Positions 63,695-64,000 of a stretch of DNA of 64,000 bases are shown here, piece after piece. The notes under the pieces were generated by a model. The model was given only the letters and a program-made list of their open reading frames with translations. It had not been told where the DNA came from and ran no database searches. The stretch spans positions 16,492,001-16,556,000 of the forward strand of contig JBHGNT010000006.1 of the NCBI GenBank assembly GCA_043228905.1, in the 5' to 3' direction. The stretch is from Azolla caroliniana. Its lineage: Eukaryota; Plantae; Polypodiophyta. How positions within the stretch are numbered: the first letter of the stretch is position 1; every line of letters starts with the position of its first letter. Both the position numbers and the translations under genes were made by a program.

Positions 63695-64000
63695 TGTTAC
63701 GGCAACCGGATTAGACTCAACGCTTAATCCGACTTAATTAAGTTACTTAGTATGATCGTCTTTCCTAATCACACGCATAAGATATAACAATTAAGGCAGA
63801 ACGGAAATTAACACAGAGAGATAACAACGCTAAGCTTTTATTAATTAACCGCTATTCATTACATTGTATCCGGGCCTTTAAATAGGTTTCCGGTCTGTAT
63901 TACAAAACGGTGCCATCCGCACCTGTTCGGGATCGGTCCGGATCCGGAACGGCATACCGATTCCGGTCCGTCCGTCCACACTCATAGTTTAATTACAACC
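63695..64000. mobile_element. Probable start of another LTR, truncated by the window edge
   Basis: Abrupt tgtta start, TATA-like motif and ccgg-rich repeats. No partner LTR is visible. Confidence 0.35.

Overview
This window is repeat-dense eukaryotic DNA, most likely from a non-seed land plant, judged by its Tcn1-like self-priming chromoviruses and tRNA-Trp-primed Phygy/Selgy-like gypsy elements. No ordinary host gene is visible. Nearly all of it is a multi-level nest of decayed Ty1/copia and Ty3/gypsy LTR retrotransposons, and most of the nesting can be resolved from target-site duplications (TSDs). The stand-out feature is a 9,138-bp DNA transposon (13904-23041) with 37-bp terminal inverted repeats (TIRs) and a 4-bp CTCA TSD. 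It carries two head-to-head genes. One is a disrupted DUF7869/Sola-like DDD transposase. The other is an apparently intact six-exon gene (~974 aa) fusing a ParB/Srx-like domain to a bacterial-type beta-class amino (m6A/m4C) DNA methyltransferase. The first intron of that gene holds a 51-bp-period array of nine 25-bp palindromes alternating with ~26-bp palindromic units, and the asymmetric cores flip orientation independently. Other notable patterns are tRNA-like A/B-box modules inside unrelated LTR families, a gypsy family that inserts at NCGN with 4-bp TSDs, self-priming chromoviruses, and a -1 frameshift pseudoknot placed after the protease. All family assignments come from motifs read by eye; no database search was run.
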